A DNA stretch of 64,000 nt, from positions 186,001 through 250,000 of the IMG/VR virus record IMGVR_UViG_3300009093_000034; one strand, written 5' to 3'. The notes beneath the pieces were generated by a model, which was not told the origin of the DNA, did no database searches, and saw only the letters and a list, made by a program, of their open reading frames with translations. Both the position numbers and the translations under genes were made by a program. Shown here one piece after another: positions 27,876 to 37,529 of this stretch. Within the stretch, counting starts at the first letter, position 1. Each line of letters opens with the position of its first letter.

Positions 27876-29171
27876 ATGTCAGATATTAATGAACTCGATG
27901 ACGAGTTTATGGCAGCAGCCGACGAGTATGCTCAAGAAGAGCAGAACAGAACTTCTCGTCGAGGAACTGGTGGAAACCAAGAGTACATTCCTCTTAAGTG
28001 GACTGGCTTGGTCACCAAACAACCCAAGATCATTCGCGTGTTAGGCGGTGTTCCTAACAAGCCAAACCCTCTCAACACAGACGCAAGACTTACTCAGGTA
28101 GCTCGAATCAAGGGCGATGACGGAAAGTATTTTAGGTGTATCCTTCCCCTTAAGGAAGAAGGTGCAGACCACGTTCTTTGGCGTATCATCAACCGAATCA
28201 ACGAGACCGCCTACGTCAACAGGAAGCGCATCTCTGTTAATGAGACCAAGCACAAGGAGATCTTCGATCTTGTCAACTACAACGGACTAGTTGAAGGTGA
28301 CAAGGGAAGGATGTACGAGCGTGGTTGGGAAGGTTCCAAGGTCATCGTCATGAACGTGATCGACCGTGAGCAGATGTCTTGGCACCGTGAGAACAAGCAC
28401 ACCATGCTTCTCTCTAAGAACATCAACAAGAATGGAGACCGAGAGTACGTCACAGAGGGAGTTCCTTCTTTTGGTTTCTACACCTTGATCGTTTCTAGTT
28501 TGTTCAAGAACTACGGTAGTTGGGAGAACTATGACATCCAGGTCATCAGAACTGGTAACACACAACCAGCTTACGAGGTACTTAATGCTTCTGCTTTCGT
28601 TAAGGGAAAGATCCCTCAGATCCTTCCAAGTCTTGTTCCTCTCGTTTCTCTTGAGGAGCATCTCACTGAAGAAGAGAAGAGCTGGGAACGCTATGACCTT
28701 TCTAAGCTTTACCACCCAACCAGCTACACCAAGATCTTCAACAAGTTGAAGGTTGCGGTCCAGAAGATCGATGCTCGCCTTAACACCAAGTTCTTTCAAG
28801 AGCTTGAGCACGAAGTAGAGAAGGAAAAGGCTGCTCGTGCAGCAGCTCAACCTCAGGAAGCAGGGCCTGCTTCTGAAGCTCCAGTCGTTGAAGAGGCTAA
28901 GCCAGCCGCAGCTCCTGCTGTTGCTTCTAGGCCGATCATCCGTGAAGGTACCAAGTATCATCTCTCTGCAGAGGAGATCTCTTCTCTCAAGGGATATGGA
29001 CTCTTGACCCCTGAACAAGCTTCTATCATCCGTGGTGTGAAGATCAAGAACGGAGAGGTTGCTGAGATCGATTTCGATACTCAAGAACCAATCGTTGCTT
29101 GTCCTTCTTGCCGAGTAGCAAGCCCTGAGTTCTTTGATAAGGGTTGTGTTGCTTGTGGTATTTCTTGGTAA
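27876..29171 (+). CDS. gp32-like single-stranded DNA-binding protein with C-terminal Zn-ribbon
   Basis: IIRVL, VMNVID, YDIQVIRTG...YEV, YDLSKLYHPTSY pattern; Ala/Pro linker; CPSC..CVAC; precedes loader and helicase. Confidence 0.65.
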   Translation: MSDINELDDEFMAAADEYAQEEQNRTSRRGTGGNQEYIPLKWTGLVTKQPKIIRVLGGVPNKPNPLNTDARLTQVARIKGDDGKYFRCILPLKEEGADHVLWRIINRINETAYVNRKRISVNETKHKEIFDLVNYNGLVEGDKGRMYERGWEGSKVIVMNVIDREQMSWHRENKHTMLLSKNINKNGDREYVTEGVPSFGFYTLIVSSLFKNYGSWENYDIQVIRTGNTQPAYEVLNASAFVKGKIPQILPSLVPLVSLEEHLTEEEKSWERYDLSKLYHPTSYTKIFNKLKVAVQKIDARLNTKFFQELEHEVEKEKAARAAAQPQEAGPASEAPVVEEAKPAAAPAVASRPIIREGTKYHLSAEEISSLKGYGLLTPEQASIIRGVKIKNGEVAEIDFDTQEPIVACPSCRVASPEFFDKGCVACGISW

Positions 29172-29190
29172 GATTCTTACTGTAAATACA

Positions 29191-29217
29191 AGGGCCCTGA
29201 GCATTCAGGGCCTTTTT
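29191..29217 (+). terminator. Rho-independent terminator
   Basis: GGCCCTGA-GCAT-TCAGGGCC then T5. Confidence 0.85.
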
Positions 29218-29239
29218 CATTTATACTGACAAGATCAAA

Positions 29240-30019
29240 ATGGAAGATCCAAAATTCATCCCATGCAGAAAATGTGTCTCAAAGCGTGGCCCGAAACCAG
29301 GTTACTTCTACTCCCAAGTTCAATGGGAGGGGAAGAGTTACATAGTTGCGGAAGAGTGCGATTGCCACAAAGAGTACATGAAGACCAGAACCTTCTATCA
29401 CAAAGCTGTGATAGCTGGAATCTACCCTCAGTCCTTTGACTATGATCTAGACAGAGAGTATCAAGGAAAAAAGTCTCTTGTAAACGTAAGCAAACTCAAG
29501 AAGTATGCCTTAGGTTTCTCAGACCAATTTCCTGATGCCATGGTTTACATCTATGGACCAAACGGAACTCAAAAAACAACCTTAGCTCATTGGGTTGGTG
29601 CTCAAGTCATCTCACAAGGAAAGTCGGTCAAGTTCATCTTGATGCAGAACCTTCTTTCACTTTTATCTCGAGACCCTTTCAAAAAGGATGAAGAGACTAG
29701 TGATGAATTGGAAGCTTTGAACAGGACAGACTTGATCATAGTTGACGAGGCCTTTAGTAGTGACAAGGTGACTCTATATAAGTCAGGCTATCAAATTCCT
29801 TTCTTAGACGAGTTCATTAGAGGTCGAATTGAAGGTCAAAGAAAAGGGATCTTGTTCATAAGTAATACGAACCCTGACCAACTTGAACCTCAAGGGTTCT
29901 CTCGGTCTATTCAAGATCTGGTGTCTCGTAACACCATAGCTAAGGGAACAGCTTTGGAGTTTGTGGATAATTACATCCAAGAGAAGAGTAACTTCCCAGT
30001 TAAAGGGCTATTCGATTGA
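29240..30019 (+). CDS. DnaC/IstB-like AAA+ helicase loader
   Basis: N-terminal CxxC...CxC, GPNGTQKTTL Walker A, LIIVDE, FISN; adjacent to helicase. Confidence 0.85.
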   Translation: MEDPKFIPCRKCVSKRGPKPGYFYSQVQWEGKSYIVAEECDCHKEYMKTRTFYHKAVIAGIYPQSFDYDLDREYQGKKSLVNVSKLKKYALGFSDQFPDAMVYIYGPNGTQKTTLAHWVGAQVISQGKSVKFILMQNLLSLLSRDPFKKDEETSDELEALNRTDLIIVDEAFSSDKVTLYKSGYQIPFLDEFIRGRIEGQRKGILFISNTNPDQLEPQGFSRSIQDLVSRNTIAKGTALEFVDNYIQEKSNFPVKGLFD

Positions 30020-31458
30020 GCAACAACACACGACCAGATGATCGACCAATCGCAATAGCTGAGTACAGACTTCTCAATGCTCTTGTCAAGAACCCTGTCT
30101 TCTTGGCTGACACAAAGATCAATGAGGACCTGTTCTATCACACAACAGCACAATCTCTCTTTCACGCTCTAGTCTCTCTTGTTGAAGATGGAGTTCCTCT
30201 CTCAGAGGCTGCCTTCTACCAGAAGGCTAACGAGGTTGACTACCGAATCACACAAGAGTCTATTGACCACGTGTTCAAGGTAGATGACAACGGAGCAACT
30301 TACCTAGACGACATTCTTGAGACCTTGCACAAGGCTAAGATCAAGCGTGAGGTTTTGAACAGCACTCAAAACGCTGTCATTGAAGCAGGTAAGAACGGAG
30401 ACCTTAACGTCGAGGCTGTTTCTCAGTATCTTGAAGAAGCCCAAGAAGCTATCCTGAGCAAGATGTCAAAGTCTAAGATGAAGGACTTTGATGCACTTCT
30501 CAGAGATTACCAAGATCAGCTTAGAGCCCGGCTGGACGGTAAGCAATATCCGTACGGAGATCTTCACTTAGACAAGTTTTCTCTAAAGGGAGCTTATCCA
30601 GGAGCTTACACTGTCATCGCTGCTGACACAGGAATGGGAAAGACCACATTCGTCTTGAACTTGATCAATGGTATGATCAACCAAGGCATTCCTTGCATGT
30701 ACTTCTCTTTGGAGATGTCTGAGACTGCCATCATGGACAGACTCATGGGAATTAGGCGTAACCTTCCTCAGTCTGCATTGTTCGATATCAATGCCATCGA
30801 TAACTTGATTGAACTGGTTGAACAAGAACGTCAGTCCTTGGTCTCCCAGAGAATCCCCTTTGAGATGGTAGATGATGCAGGTATCAACTTGAAAGGTATC
30901 AAGAAGTGTATCAGGGACTTCAAGAGAAAGTACAACGTTGATTACCTCGTGATCTTCGTTGACCTTTTGACTCAGCTTCCTGAGTTCACGGATACCGGCC
31001 GAGGTGGTGGAAACCTTGCCAATAAGATTGAGGCAGGTATCAATGAGTGGAACAGACTTCTAAAGGACGAAAATGTCCATGGAGTTGGCGTTGTCCAGTT
31101 TAGACGAGATGTTGAGTCAGGCATTAGGATCAAGAGTTATGATGATCTTTACCTTCTTCGTCCGATGTTGCATCACATCAAGAACTCTGGTGCCATCGCA
31201 GAACGATCTCGGTTGGTCTTGAGTTGCTTCAGAGCGAAACACTATGGGATCAAGTACATCCCAGATGATCCTCAAGTCATAGAGATGGATGACCAAATGG
31301 AGATCTCCATCATGAAGCAAAACGATGGTGAGTTAGGACGGTTCTATTATACTTTTGATGGACAAGTCTTCACGATCACGCCGATCTTGGACCAAAGTCA
31401 AGAGCTTACACAAGAAGAACTTGATAAAAAAGAAGCAATAAAGCATCTAAGTTACTAG
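30016..31458 (+). CDS. dnaB: DnaB-like replicative helicase
   Basis: IAADTGMGKT, FSLEMS, IFVDLL, VVQFRR, SGAIAE, KQNDG. Confidence 0.92.
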   Translation: MSNNTRPDDRPIAIAEYRLLNALVKNPVFLADTKINEDLFYHTTAQSLFHALVSLVEDGVPLSEAAFYQKANEVDYRITQESIDHVFKVDDNGATYLDDILETLHKAKIKREVLNSTQNAVIEAGKNGDLNVEAVSQYLEEAQEAILSKMSKSKMKDFDALLRDYQDQLRARLDGKQYPYGDLHLDKFSLKGAYPGAYTVIAADTGMGKTTFVLNLINGMINQGIPCMYFSLEMSETAIMDRLMGIRRNLPQSALFDINAIDNLIELVEQERQSLVSQRIPFEMVDDAGINLKGIKKCIRDFKRKYNVDYLVIFVDLLTQLPEFTDTGRGGGNLANKIEAGINEWNRLLKDENVHGVGVVQFRRDVESGIRIKSYDDLYLLRPMLHHIKNSGAIAERSRLVLSCFRAKHYGIKYIPDDPQVIEMDDQMEISIMKQNDGELGRFYYTFDGQVFTITPILDQSQELTQEELDKKEAIKHLSY

Positions 31459-31496
31459 ATTCACTAATTAAAGAATAGGAAAGGGAGGGAAGCTAA

Positions 31497-32384
31497 ATGG
31501 CTGAACGAATGTACGAATCGATTCCGAGTTTTCAGAGTTATCTATCTGACGCAGCTAAAAAGGAAGCCTTGGACACTTGGTCTCCTAAGATGGCGACTCG
31601 CGAAGGTCAGATTGAGATCCTCGACGCAGGACGAAACAGAGTTCCCTCAGCAATTAACTTTCTATTCCTCAAAACCATTCCACAGACCTCCAAGTCCTTT
31701 TGGAAGTACTTTCTTGGACCTAACCCTAAGTGGCAGAGAAGCAGAATCGCTCACGAAGACGCATTCAACGTCTACGCAGGTATGGTCATGGAGACTCTTC
31801 TAAACCACGGCGAAGAAGGTGGTTCTGCTCCGTTGATGAACTTCGACCCAGAAAAGATGCCTAACACTGATGACTTGATCAACAAGTTTGGTTACTACAT
31901 GGAGAACTCCATGGGTAACGAGTCTCGTAAGTTCAACAGTCAGAGAGATCGAGCTGGCTTCACTGGAAACATCAGCAAAGAAGATCAAAAGTTTGCTAAG
32001 GTTGGATCTCTAGACGACGCTCTAATTAAGAACTCTTCAGGATCGCAAAAGCACACAGATCTTCCTAGCGAAGATACCTCTTTTGATGTCACCTCTGACG
32101 TCGATGCTTGGGGTTCTTTCTGTGAAGATGAAGAGCTTGACGAAGGTAAGTCTCCAACCCCAAGAGAGGTTCTTGTTGCTTACCTTGAGATTCAGGCAGA
32201 GAATGGTTCTAAGTGGACCATTCAAGACGTCATTGATAAACTTGGAAATGTTTCCAAACCAGCACTCATGAAGCGACTTGAGACAATTCCTACTATCTTA
32301 GAGGATCACGGTCTTGATCAGCAAGCTCTGACCAGACTTATGTCTTCCCTAGGAGTAGAAGAGCTTCTAGACGTTCTAAAGTAA
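31497..32384 (+). CDS. Phage-encoded sigma-70-family factor (divergent)
   Basis: Region-2-like NFDPEK...KFGYYMENSMGN, SLDD, and region-4 HTH PREVL..Y...WTIQDVIDKLG.VSK. Confidence 0.6.
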   Translation: MAERMYESIPSFQSYLSDAAKKEALDTWSPKMATREGQIEILDAGRNRVPSAINFLFLKTIPQTSKSFWKYFLGPNPKWQRSRIAHEDAFNVYAGMVMETLLNHGEEGGSAPLMNFDPEKMPNTDDLINKFGYYMENSMGNESRKFNSQRDRAGFTGNISKEDQKFAKVGSLDDALIKNSSGSQKHTDLPSEDTSFDVTSDVDAWGSFCEDEELDEGKSPTPREVLVAYLEIQAENGSKWTIQDVIDKLGNVSKPALMKRLETIPTILEDHGLDQQALTRLMSSLGVEELLDVLK

Positions 32385-32406
32385 ATTTTAAGGGGTTTCT
32401 CCATAA

Positions 32407-33513
32407 ATGGCGAAAACATTCAATGTCAACGATCCTACACCAGCTAAGCCAGATCTTAGCAAGATGAAGGACGTAAAGTTGTCCCAACAGACGACACCTC
32501 CACCGGGATATATCCCGGTGGAGCTCTCAACTAAGGGGTTTGTTGGAGCCCCTAAGCTTTTTCACATCAGAAACTTTGACACCGCAGACCTTGTTGGTCT
32601 TGCTCTCACCGATGAAGATAGACTTCCTATCATTGTCAGTGAGATGTTAGACGGTTTGATCTGGGAAAAAGATGTTTCAGTCTCTACCTTCCACGAAAAG
32701 GAAGTCGTCGAGACCATCGTTCGTCTCTACCAAGCTTTCTACTCAGATGTTCTCAAGGACGTTGAGTTCCCTTGGAACGAAGAGGACATCGATGCCTTGA
32801 AGAACAAGCTTGGAGACTCTGATGAGACTCGAGCTCAGATTCAAGATCTTAGAACTAGAAAGTGGATCCCACGAGTAGATATTCAGTTATCTAAAGATGT
32901 CAATACATTTGACATCAATCCAGATGAGCTCAAGAAAGAACTCTATCTTAAGGACAAGACCGGCTTCACAGTAGGTTTCAGCTACCCAAGGTACGGTGAC
33001 ATCCTTACTCTTCGTGAGTTCATGAAGGAAGCCTACAAGGACACAGATCAACAGTTTGCTTCTTTGAAGAACACCTTGAAGTTCCGTCAAGATGCCGAAG
33101 AAAGAATGAGACAAGGCGAGAACATCGTCATGTCAAGAATTCCAAACGTTCCTGACTTCGAGAAAGACAAGTACATCCAGTATGAGTCTGAGAAGCAAAA
33201 GTTCGGTATCCAAGCCATCAAAGCTCTTCACCTTGTTTACTACGAAGGCCAAGACGTAAGAAACCTTCCTCTCGCAGAAAGGACCACCCTTGTAGCCTCA
33301 GATTTCCGTATTGATTATAGAATGACAAAGGCAGTCAACGAGTACTTCTCAAACTGGAAGATCGGGTTGAAGCCTGAGATTGAGATGGCAAACCCATTGA
33401 AGGGGGTCGTGGAGTCACGTAAGTACTCCTTTCGACTCGTGGATCTTCTTCAAGCCATTAAGTTATACGACACTACTGAGTATGACTACGACTTTGAGCC
33501 GCCACACAGCTAA
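32407..33513 (+). CDS. T4 gp26-like baseplate hub assembly / tail chaperone protein
   Basis: PVELSTKG...HIRNF...L and GFSYPRYGD patterns. Confidence 0.55.
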   Translation: MAKTFNVNDPTPAKPDLSKMKDVKLSQQTTPPPGYIPVELSTKGFVGAPKLFHIRNFDTADLVGLALTDEDRLPIIVSEMLDGLIWEKDVSVSTFHEKEVVETIVRLYQAFYSDVLKDVEFPWNEEDIDALKNKLGDSDETRAQIQDLRTRKWIPRVDIQLSKDVNTFDINPDELKKELYLKDKTGFTVGFSYPRYGDILTLREFMKEAYKDTDQQFASLKNTLKFRQDAEERMRQGENIVMSRIPNVPDFEKDKYIQYESEKQKFGIQAIKALHLVYYEGQDVRNLPLAERTTLVASDFRIDYRMTKAVNEYFSNWKIGLKPEIEMANPLKGVVESRKYSFRLVDLLQAIKLYDTTEYDYDFEPPHS

Positions 33514-33703
33514 TGACGTCAACTCTCTTATGAAACAACCGTTCCACTTCGTCCTAGGCTTGTACAACACCTTGATCAAGCAGACAGAAGAAGAGAACAA
33601 AAAGCAAAAGGAAGCTCAGGCTTCGGCTAAATCCCAACAGCCTAAGCTTCCTTACATGCCTTCAAGTGTGAACGTTGGTGGAAAAAAGATTTCTGTTCGG
33701 TAA
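33431..33703 (+). CDS. gp51-like extension, probably reached by a +1 frameshift at TCC-TTT-CGA
   Basis: +1 frame open from 33401; FFKP..Y..LL...V..LM..P...EEENKK; no SD at ATG 33482. Confidence 0.5.
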   Translation, partial: FDSWIFFKPLSYTTLLSMTTTLSRHTANDVNSLMKQPFHFVLGLYNTLIKQTEEENKKQKEAQASAKSQQPKLPYMPSSVNVGGKKISVR

Positions 33704-33708
33704 ACTTG

Positions 33709-33717
33709 TGAGATATT
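33709..33717 (+). promoter_or_regulatory. TGAGATATT promoter motif
   Basis: Followed by GAGGTG SD and GTG 33739. Confidence 0.7.
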
Positions 33718-33738
33718 GAAGTCACGAGGTGAAGTCGA

Positions 33739-34047
33739 GTGAATCTCACTTTTACGAGTAAGACAGGAGAAAAGATCAGGATTCCTATGGGAGCTCCTGG
33801 TCATTCCGAGATGAACAGGATCTTGTGGATCAGTTTCATCAATGCAGGTTTCAACTTTTTGAGCAGGATCATTGCCTTCTTTGGCGTGGTCTTGACGATT
33901 GTTGCGGCCCTTGGTGATCATAACTTTTCTACTTCGATTTGGTGGTGTGGTACGGCCATTGTGCTGTGGTTCGCTACCTTCGGTATCGGAAAGTTTCTTG
34001 GTTTTCGTTCCATCCGAATCTTGAAAAAGATCGGTATCATCAAGTAA
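33739..34047 (+). CDS. Membrane protein (2 TM)
   Basis: Two hydrophobic segments. Confidence 0.65.
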   Translation: MNLTFTSKTGEKIRIPMGAPGHSEMNRILWISFINAGFNFLSRIIAFFGVVLTIVAALGDHNFSTSIWWCGTAIVLWFATFGIGKFLGFRSIRILKKIGIIK

Positions 34048-34056
34048 GGACAATGT

Positions 34057-34977
34057 ATGATCCCTCTACCATATGAGGGGTTTTCGATCTCAGAAGACGC
34101 TACTCAAGTTAAGACCCCGGAAGGGGTCTTTTCTTTGATTCCCGGAAAGAACTTCTATTTTGTCAACCCCAACACCGGCACAAAAACATTTGCCAAGCCT
34201 AACGAGCTCCTTGAAAGAGCTAAGAGATTTGTCGAGACTGGTGGAGTTCTTCCACCAAAGAAAGTTCCGGCTAAGAAATCAGCTCCAAAGAAAAAAGTCC
34301 AAAAAGTCAAGGTTCCTACTCCGGCTCAGCTTGAAAGAGCTCGCCTAAAGAAAGAACGAGAAGACAAGAAGAAGGCCAAAGAGGCCGAGAAAGTTGCCAA
34401 GGCTCACAAGCGCGAGATGAGAAAGAAGGCAGCAGAAGAGAAGAAGATCAAGGTTGCTAAGAGAAAGCATCAGCTTCTTCCAGACTTCGTAGCTGACAGG
34501 TTCAGAGAACAGTTGGCCAACAGACGAAAGCGTGAGTCTGGAGAAAATCCTAAGGCTCACGTTTGGAACGGTTTGTTCATCGACTACGAGAAGACCAATC
34601 GAGTCACAGAGCTTGTAGCTAACGCTGCTCTCGGAGTCTCTGTAATTCACATCGTAGGTCCTCAGAACTGGCGAGATGGTTACTTCTTCTACAATCCCAT
34701 CACGGAAAAGTACACGAAGTTCATCTTCGAGATCCACAAGCCCGGCATTGGAAATGACAAGATCATTTGGCCTACGGATCTTGGTGGAGAACATCTTCTT
34801 GGTGCCAAGCACCAAGAACTTCGATTGAAGAAAGAGATGGCAAGGCTCACAACGAAGAGAACTGCTGCTCCTTCTGAAAATCCTGAAGACTCGGTGAAGA
34901 ACGTTAGTAAGAGAAAGATCGCCAAGTTGCATGAGACTCTTGGAGTTTCTCAGCAAGAGGAAAATGAAGATGAGTGA
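34057..34977 (+). CDS. Lys-rich hypothetical protein
   Basis: 306 aa with histone-like K/A-rich centre. Confidence 0.65.
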   Translation: MIPLPYEGFSISEDATQVKTPEGVFSLIPGKNFYFVNPNTGTKTFAKPNELLERAKRFVETGGVLPPKKVPAKKSAPKKKVQKVKVPTPAQLERARLKKEREDKKKAKEAEKVAKAHKREMRKKAAEEKKIKVAKRKHQLLPDFVADRFREQLANRRKRESGENPKAHVWNGLFIDYEKTNRVTELVANAALGVSVIHIVGPQNWRDGYFFYNPITEKYTKFIFEIHKPGIGNDKIIWPTDLGGEHLLGAKHQELRLKKEMARLTTKRTAAPSENPEDSVKNVSKRKIAKLHETLGVSQQEENEDE

Positions 34978-35578
34978 TTGGGCTGCGAAGTTTGAAGACA
35001 AAGAGAACCACATCAAAGGTACAAAAGGCTACCTCCATAGTGTGATCCGGTGTTTGAAAAAAGAAGCAGAAGACATTCAAGGGAAGCTGACGTTTTCTGA
35101 GGATCGTTACAACACTCTCTTTAGTTTGTTTCCTACAGACTTCTCAAGAAAGCATCACTACATGTACCTCGGAAAGATGCTGATGTTCGTAGCTCTCTAC
35201 GCTCTTATGGCCTTACTTTTTCCTGGACCTAACAACATGGACATTCGAGGGATCACTTGCCTCTTTGGAGGCATGACGATCTTCGTTCATCTTCTTCATA
35301 TCTACCAGTCGACCAGCCAGATGAAGACACTTTGGTCTCTTCTTAAGGCAAAAGAAAAGTATCTTGATGACATGAAGAAACTTGATAAAGGAAACGAAGC
35401 TTTCCTCAACGAGATCAAGATATTTAAGGAAAAGGAAATCAAGAACATCCTGGCTTGGACCGACTTTTACTCTCGGTACAATAACTTTGTAAGTGATCTT
35501 GAAGAGACTCAGATCTGGAATGAAGTCGATCTGAAAGACGAGTACAAGAAGGCAAAAGATGCGGGTGTTCATTTTTGA
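34970..35578 (+). CDS. Membrane protein with coiled coils
   Basis: Two TM segments; GAGG SD. Confidence 0.6.
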   Translation: MSDWAAKFEDKENHIKGTKGYLHSVIRCLKKEAEDIQGKLTFSEDRYNTLFSLFPTDFSRKHHYMYLGKMLMFVALYALMALLFPGPNNMDIRGITCLFGGMTIFVHLLHIYQSTSQMKTLWSLLKAKEKYLDDMKKLDKGNEAFLNEIKIFKEKEIKNILAWTDFYSRYNNFVSDLEETQIWNEVDLKDEYKKAKDAGVHF

Positions 35579-35924
35579 GGACATGGAAGATAGACTCAAG
35601 TTCTTCAAAAAGATCTTAGTCGACCATGATCTTCAACACACAGACCAGATTGAGAAAGCAAAGAAGATCCTTCTTAATGAGAAGTGGGACTTTGTTTTTC
35701 TTGATCACGATATGGAAGAAAGGTTCATGGACTCTAAGACCACTCAGAACAATGGCTATCAGCTGGCCAAGTGGATCGTAGAGAACAAGATCAAGATCGA
35801 ACAGATCATCATTCATTCCATGAACTCTGTCGGAGCTGGAAACATTCGTGAGGCTTTGAGAGAGTCTTACCCGACAGTGAACTATGTTCCGTTCAATGTT
35901 CTTCGACAAAGCTTAAGAGGTTAA
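35559..35924 (+). CDS. Cyclic-phosphate-processing receiver-like domain protein
   Basis: FIFED..DR, FLDHDM, GYQLAKWI, IIHSMNSVGA.NI motifs. Confidence 0.75.
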   Translation: MRVFIFEDMEDRLKFFKKILVDHDLQHTDQIEKAKKILLNEKWDFVFLDHDMEERFMDSKTTQNNGYQLAKWIVENKIKIEQIIIHSMNSVGAGNIREALRESYPTVNYVPFNVLRQSLRG

Positions 35925-35928
35925 AACC

Positions 35929-36249
35929 ATGATCAAGAGATCATTTACTGGCGCGAGAAGCATCGTCATCAAGAATGGCCAAGTCATCATCGACGGAAAG
36001 AAGATCGAACTGGAAGATGTTCCCGAGATCACTTTGGAAATCTCGGGTGACGCTCTGAGAATCGACGCCGACAATGTTCAGGAGATCACTGTCAACGGAA
36101 ACGTGACAGAAGATGTCAAGACCATGAGTGGAAACATTCGAGTTCAGGGTTCAGTCGGCGGAAACGTCAAGAGCATGAGTGGAGACATTCATTGCGGTGA
36201 CGTTGCCGGAAAGGTTGAGACCATGAGCGGAGATATTACAAGGAAGTAG
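35929..36249 (+). CDS. Beta-helix repeat protein (DUF4097/bactofilin-like)
   Basis: V.(T/S)MSG.I repeated three times. Confidence 0.7.
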   Translation: MIKRSFTGARSIVIKNGQVIIDGKKIELEDVPEITLEISGDALRIDADNVQEITVNGNVTEDVKTMSGNIRVQGSVGGNVKSMSGDIHCGDVAGKVETMSGDITRK

Positions 36250-36259
36250 GAGGATCAAA

Positions 36260-36430
36260 ATGCCAGATAACGAAGAAAAAATCATGTGGTCAGCTGGCAT
36301 GAGTGTCCGAGACTACAAAACCGACACTATGGTTCACTGGGTCCTACAGGAAGAAGCTGAAAAGAAAATTCGGGAGCTTCAAGCCGAGCTCAACAAGCTG
36401 GCCGAAACCATCTACCAAAAGAAGGGATAA
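36260..36430 (+). CDS. Small protein not in ORF track (56 aa)
   Basis: AGGAGG SD; MPDNEEKIMW...QKKG; fills gap before ligase. Confidence 0.55.
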   Translation: MPDNEEKIMWSAGMSVRDYKTDTMVHWVLQEEAEKKIRELQAELNKLAETIYQKKG

Positions 36431-36432
36431 CT

Positions 36433-37527
36433 ATGGCTGACATTAAAAGAAAACTTGCCACCATCCGGACCATCAAGTCCGTTGAACCCATTGAAGGCGC
36501 TGACTCCATTGTCAAACTGACCTTCGAGAGCATGAACTGGGTCTGCGTCACCAACAAAGACTCCAACCCTGTTCCTGGCCAACGCCGAGTGTACTTTGAG
36601 ATCGATTCGGTTTTGCCGGATCTTCCGATCTTCGAGTTCATGAAGCCCTACCGCTTCCGCGTCAAGACCATCAAGCTCCGAGGTCAAGTCTCTCAGGGCC
36701 TCTCAATTCCTCTTGAAGAAATCTTCGATTCTTTTAAGGACGAATACTTCGGAGCCATTTCTGACTATGCTAATGAGGGTGATGACCTCACCGATCTGAT
36801 CGGAGTGGTTAAGTATGAGATCCCTGAAGACGTGAACATCGGTGGAGATACCAAGGGATCTTTCCCTGGTTTCATCACCAAGACTGACGAAGAGCGTGCT
36901 CAGAACATCGACCATATCGAAGATGTTCTTGCTACTCAGGATCTTTCAACCTCGGTCAAGGTCGACGGTTCTTCTGCTACTTTCTACCTCTACGAAGGTG
37001 AGTTCGGTGTTTGTTCCAGAAACCTGGAGCTCAAGGACACCGAGACCAATACTCTTTGGAAGCTTGCTCGTAAGTACAAGCTCAAGGAGAGGATGGAAGC
37101 CTTTGCTCTTGGGACTCCTCAGGCAACCGAAGAACTTCAGAACTTTGCTCTTCAAGGCGAGGTAGCAGGACCTGGCATCCAGAACAACCGAGCAAAACTT
37201 CTCGAGGTCGGTCTCTACATCTTCACAGCTCAGGACATCGACAACACTTCTCGTCTTGATCCTGAAGAACTGAACAGGTTGATTGACCTTCTGAACCAGT
37301 ATGAACCTGATGCTCCGAAGATCATGAAGGTACCTTTCCTTGGAGTTTATCCTGCTGGAACCTTCAAGACCATCAAGGATCTTGAGGACTTCTCTAAGGG
37401 TCCTACTGCTTTGGACGGAACTTCTGACAAGAACGTTCAGAGAGAAGGTGTGGTTTTCCGTAGTGTTGATGGGAACATCTCGTTCAAGTACATCAACCCT
37501 CAGTACCTGCTCAAACACGATCTATAA
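36433..37527 (+). CDS. RNA ligase, Rnl2/DRB0094 family
   Basis: N-terminal RKLATIRTI...YFEIDS OB domain; KTDEER, KVDGSS, LQGEVAG, REGVV, FKYIN motifs. Confidence 0.93.
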   Translation: MADIKRKLATIRTIKSVEPIEGADSIVKLTFESMNWVCVTNKDSNPVPGQRRVYFEIDSVLPDLPIFEFMKPYRFRVKTIKLRGQVSQGLSIPLEEIFDSFKDEYFGAISDYANEGDDLTDLIGVVKYEIPEDVNIGGDTKGSFPGFITKTDEERAQNIDHIEDVLATQDLSTSVKVDGSSATFYLYEGEFGVCSRNLELKDTETNTLWKLARKYKLKERMEAFALGTPQATEELQNFALQGEVAGPGIQNNRAKLLEVGLYIFTAQDIDNTSRLDPEELNRLIDLLNQYEPDAPKIMKVPFLGVYPAGTFKTIKDLEDFSKGPTALDGTSDKNVQREGVVFRSVDGNISFKYINPQYLLKHDL

Positions 37528-37529
37528 CT

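Noticed and set aside
28287-29204. 305-aa antisense ORF
   Set aside because: Shadow of the SSB gene caused by codon bias; no motifs
25408-31458. Inteins or introns in SbcC, helicase or loader
   Set aside because: Lengths are normal, and there are no C...HN splice motifs or homing-endonuclease inserts
35559-35924. Two-component response regulator
   Set aside because: DHD and HS.N motifs fit the cyclic-phosphate-processing receiver variant; no output domain or histidine kinase nearby
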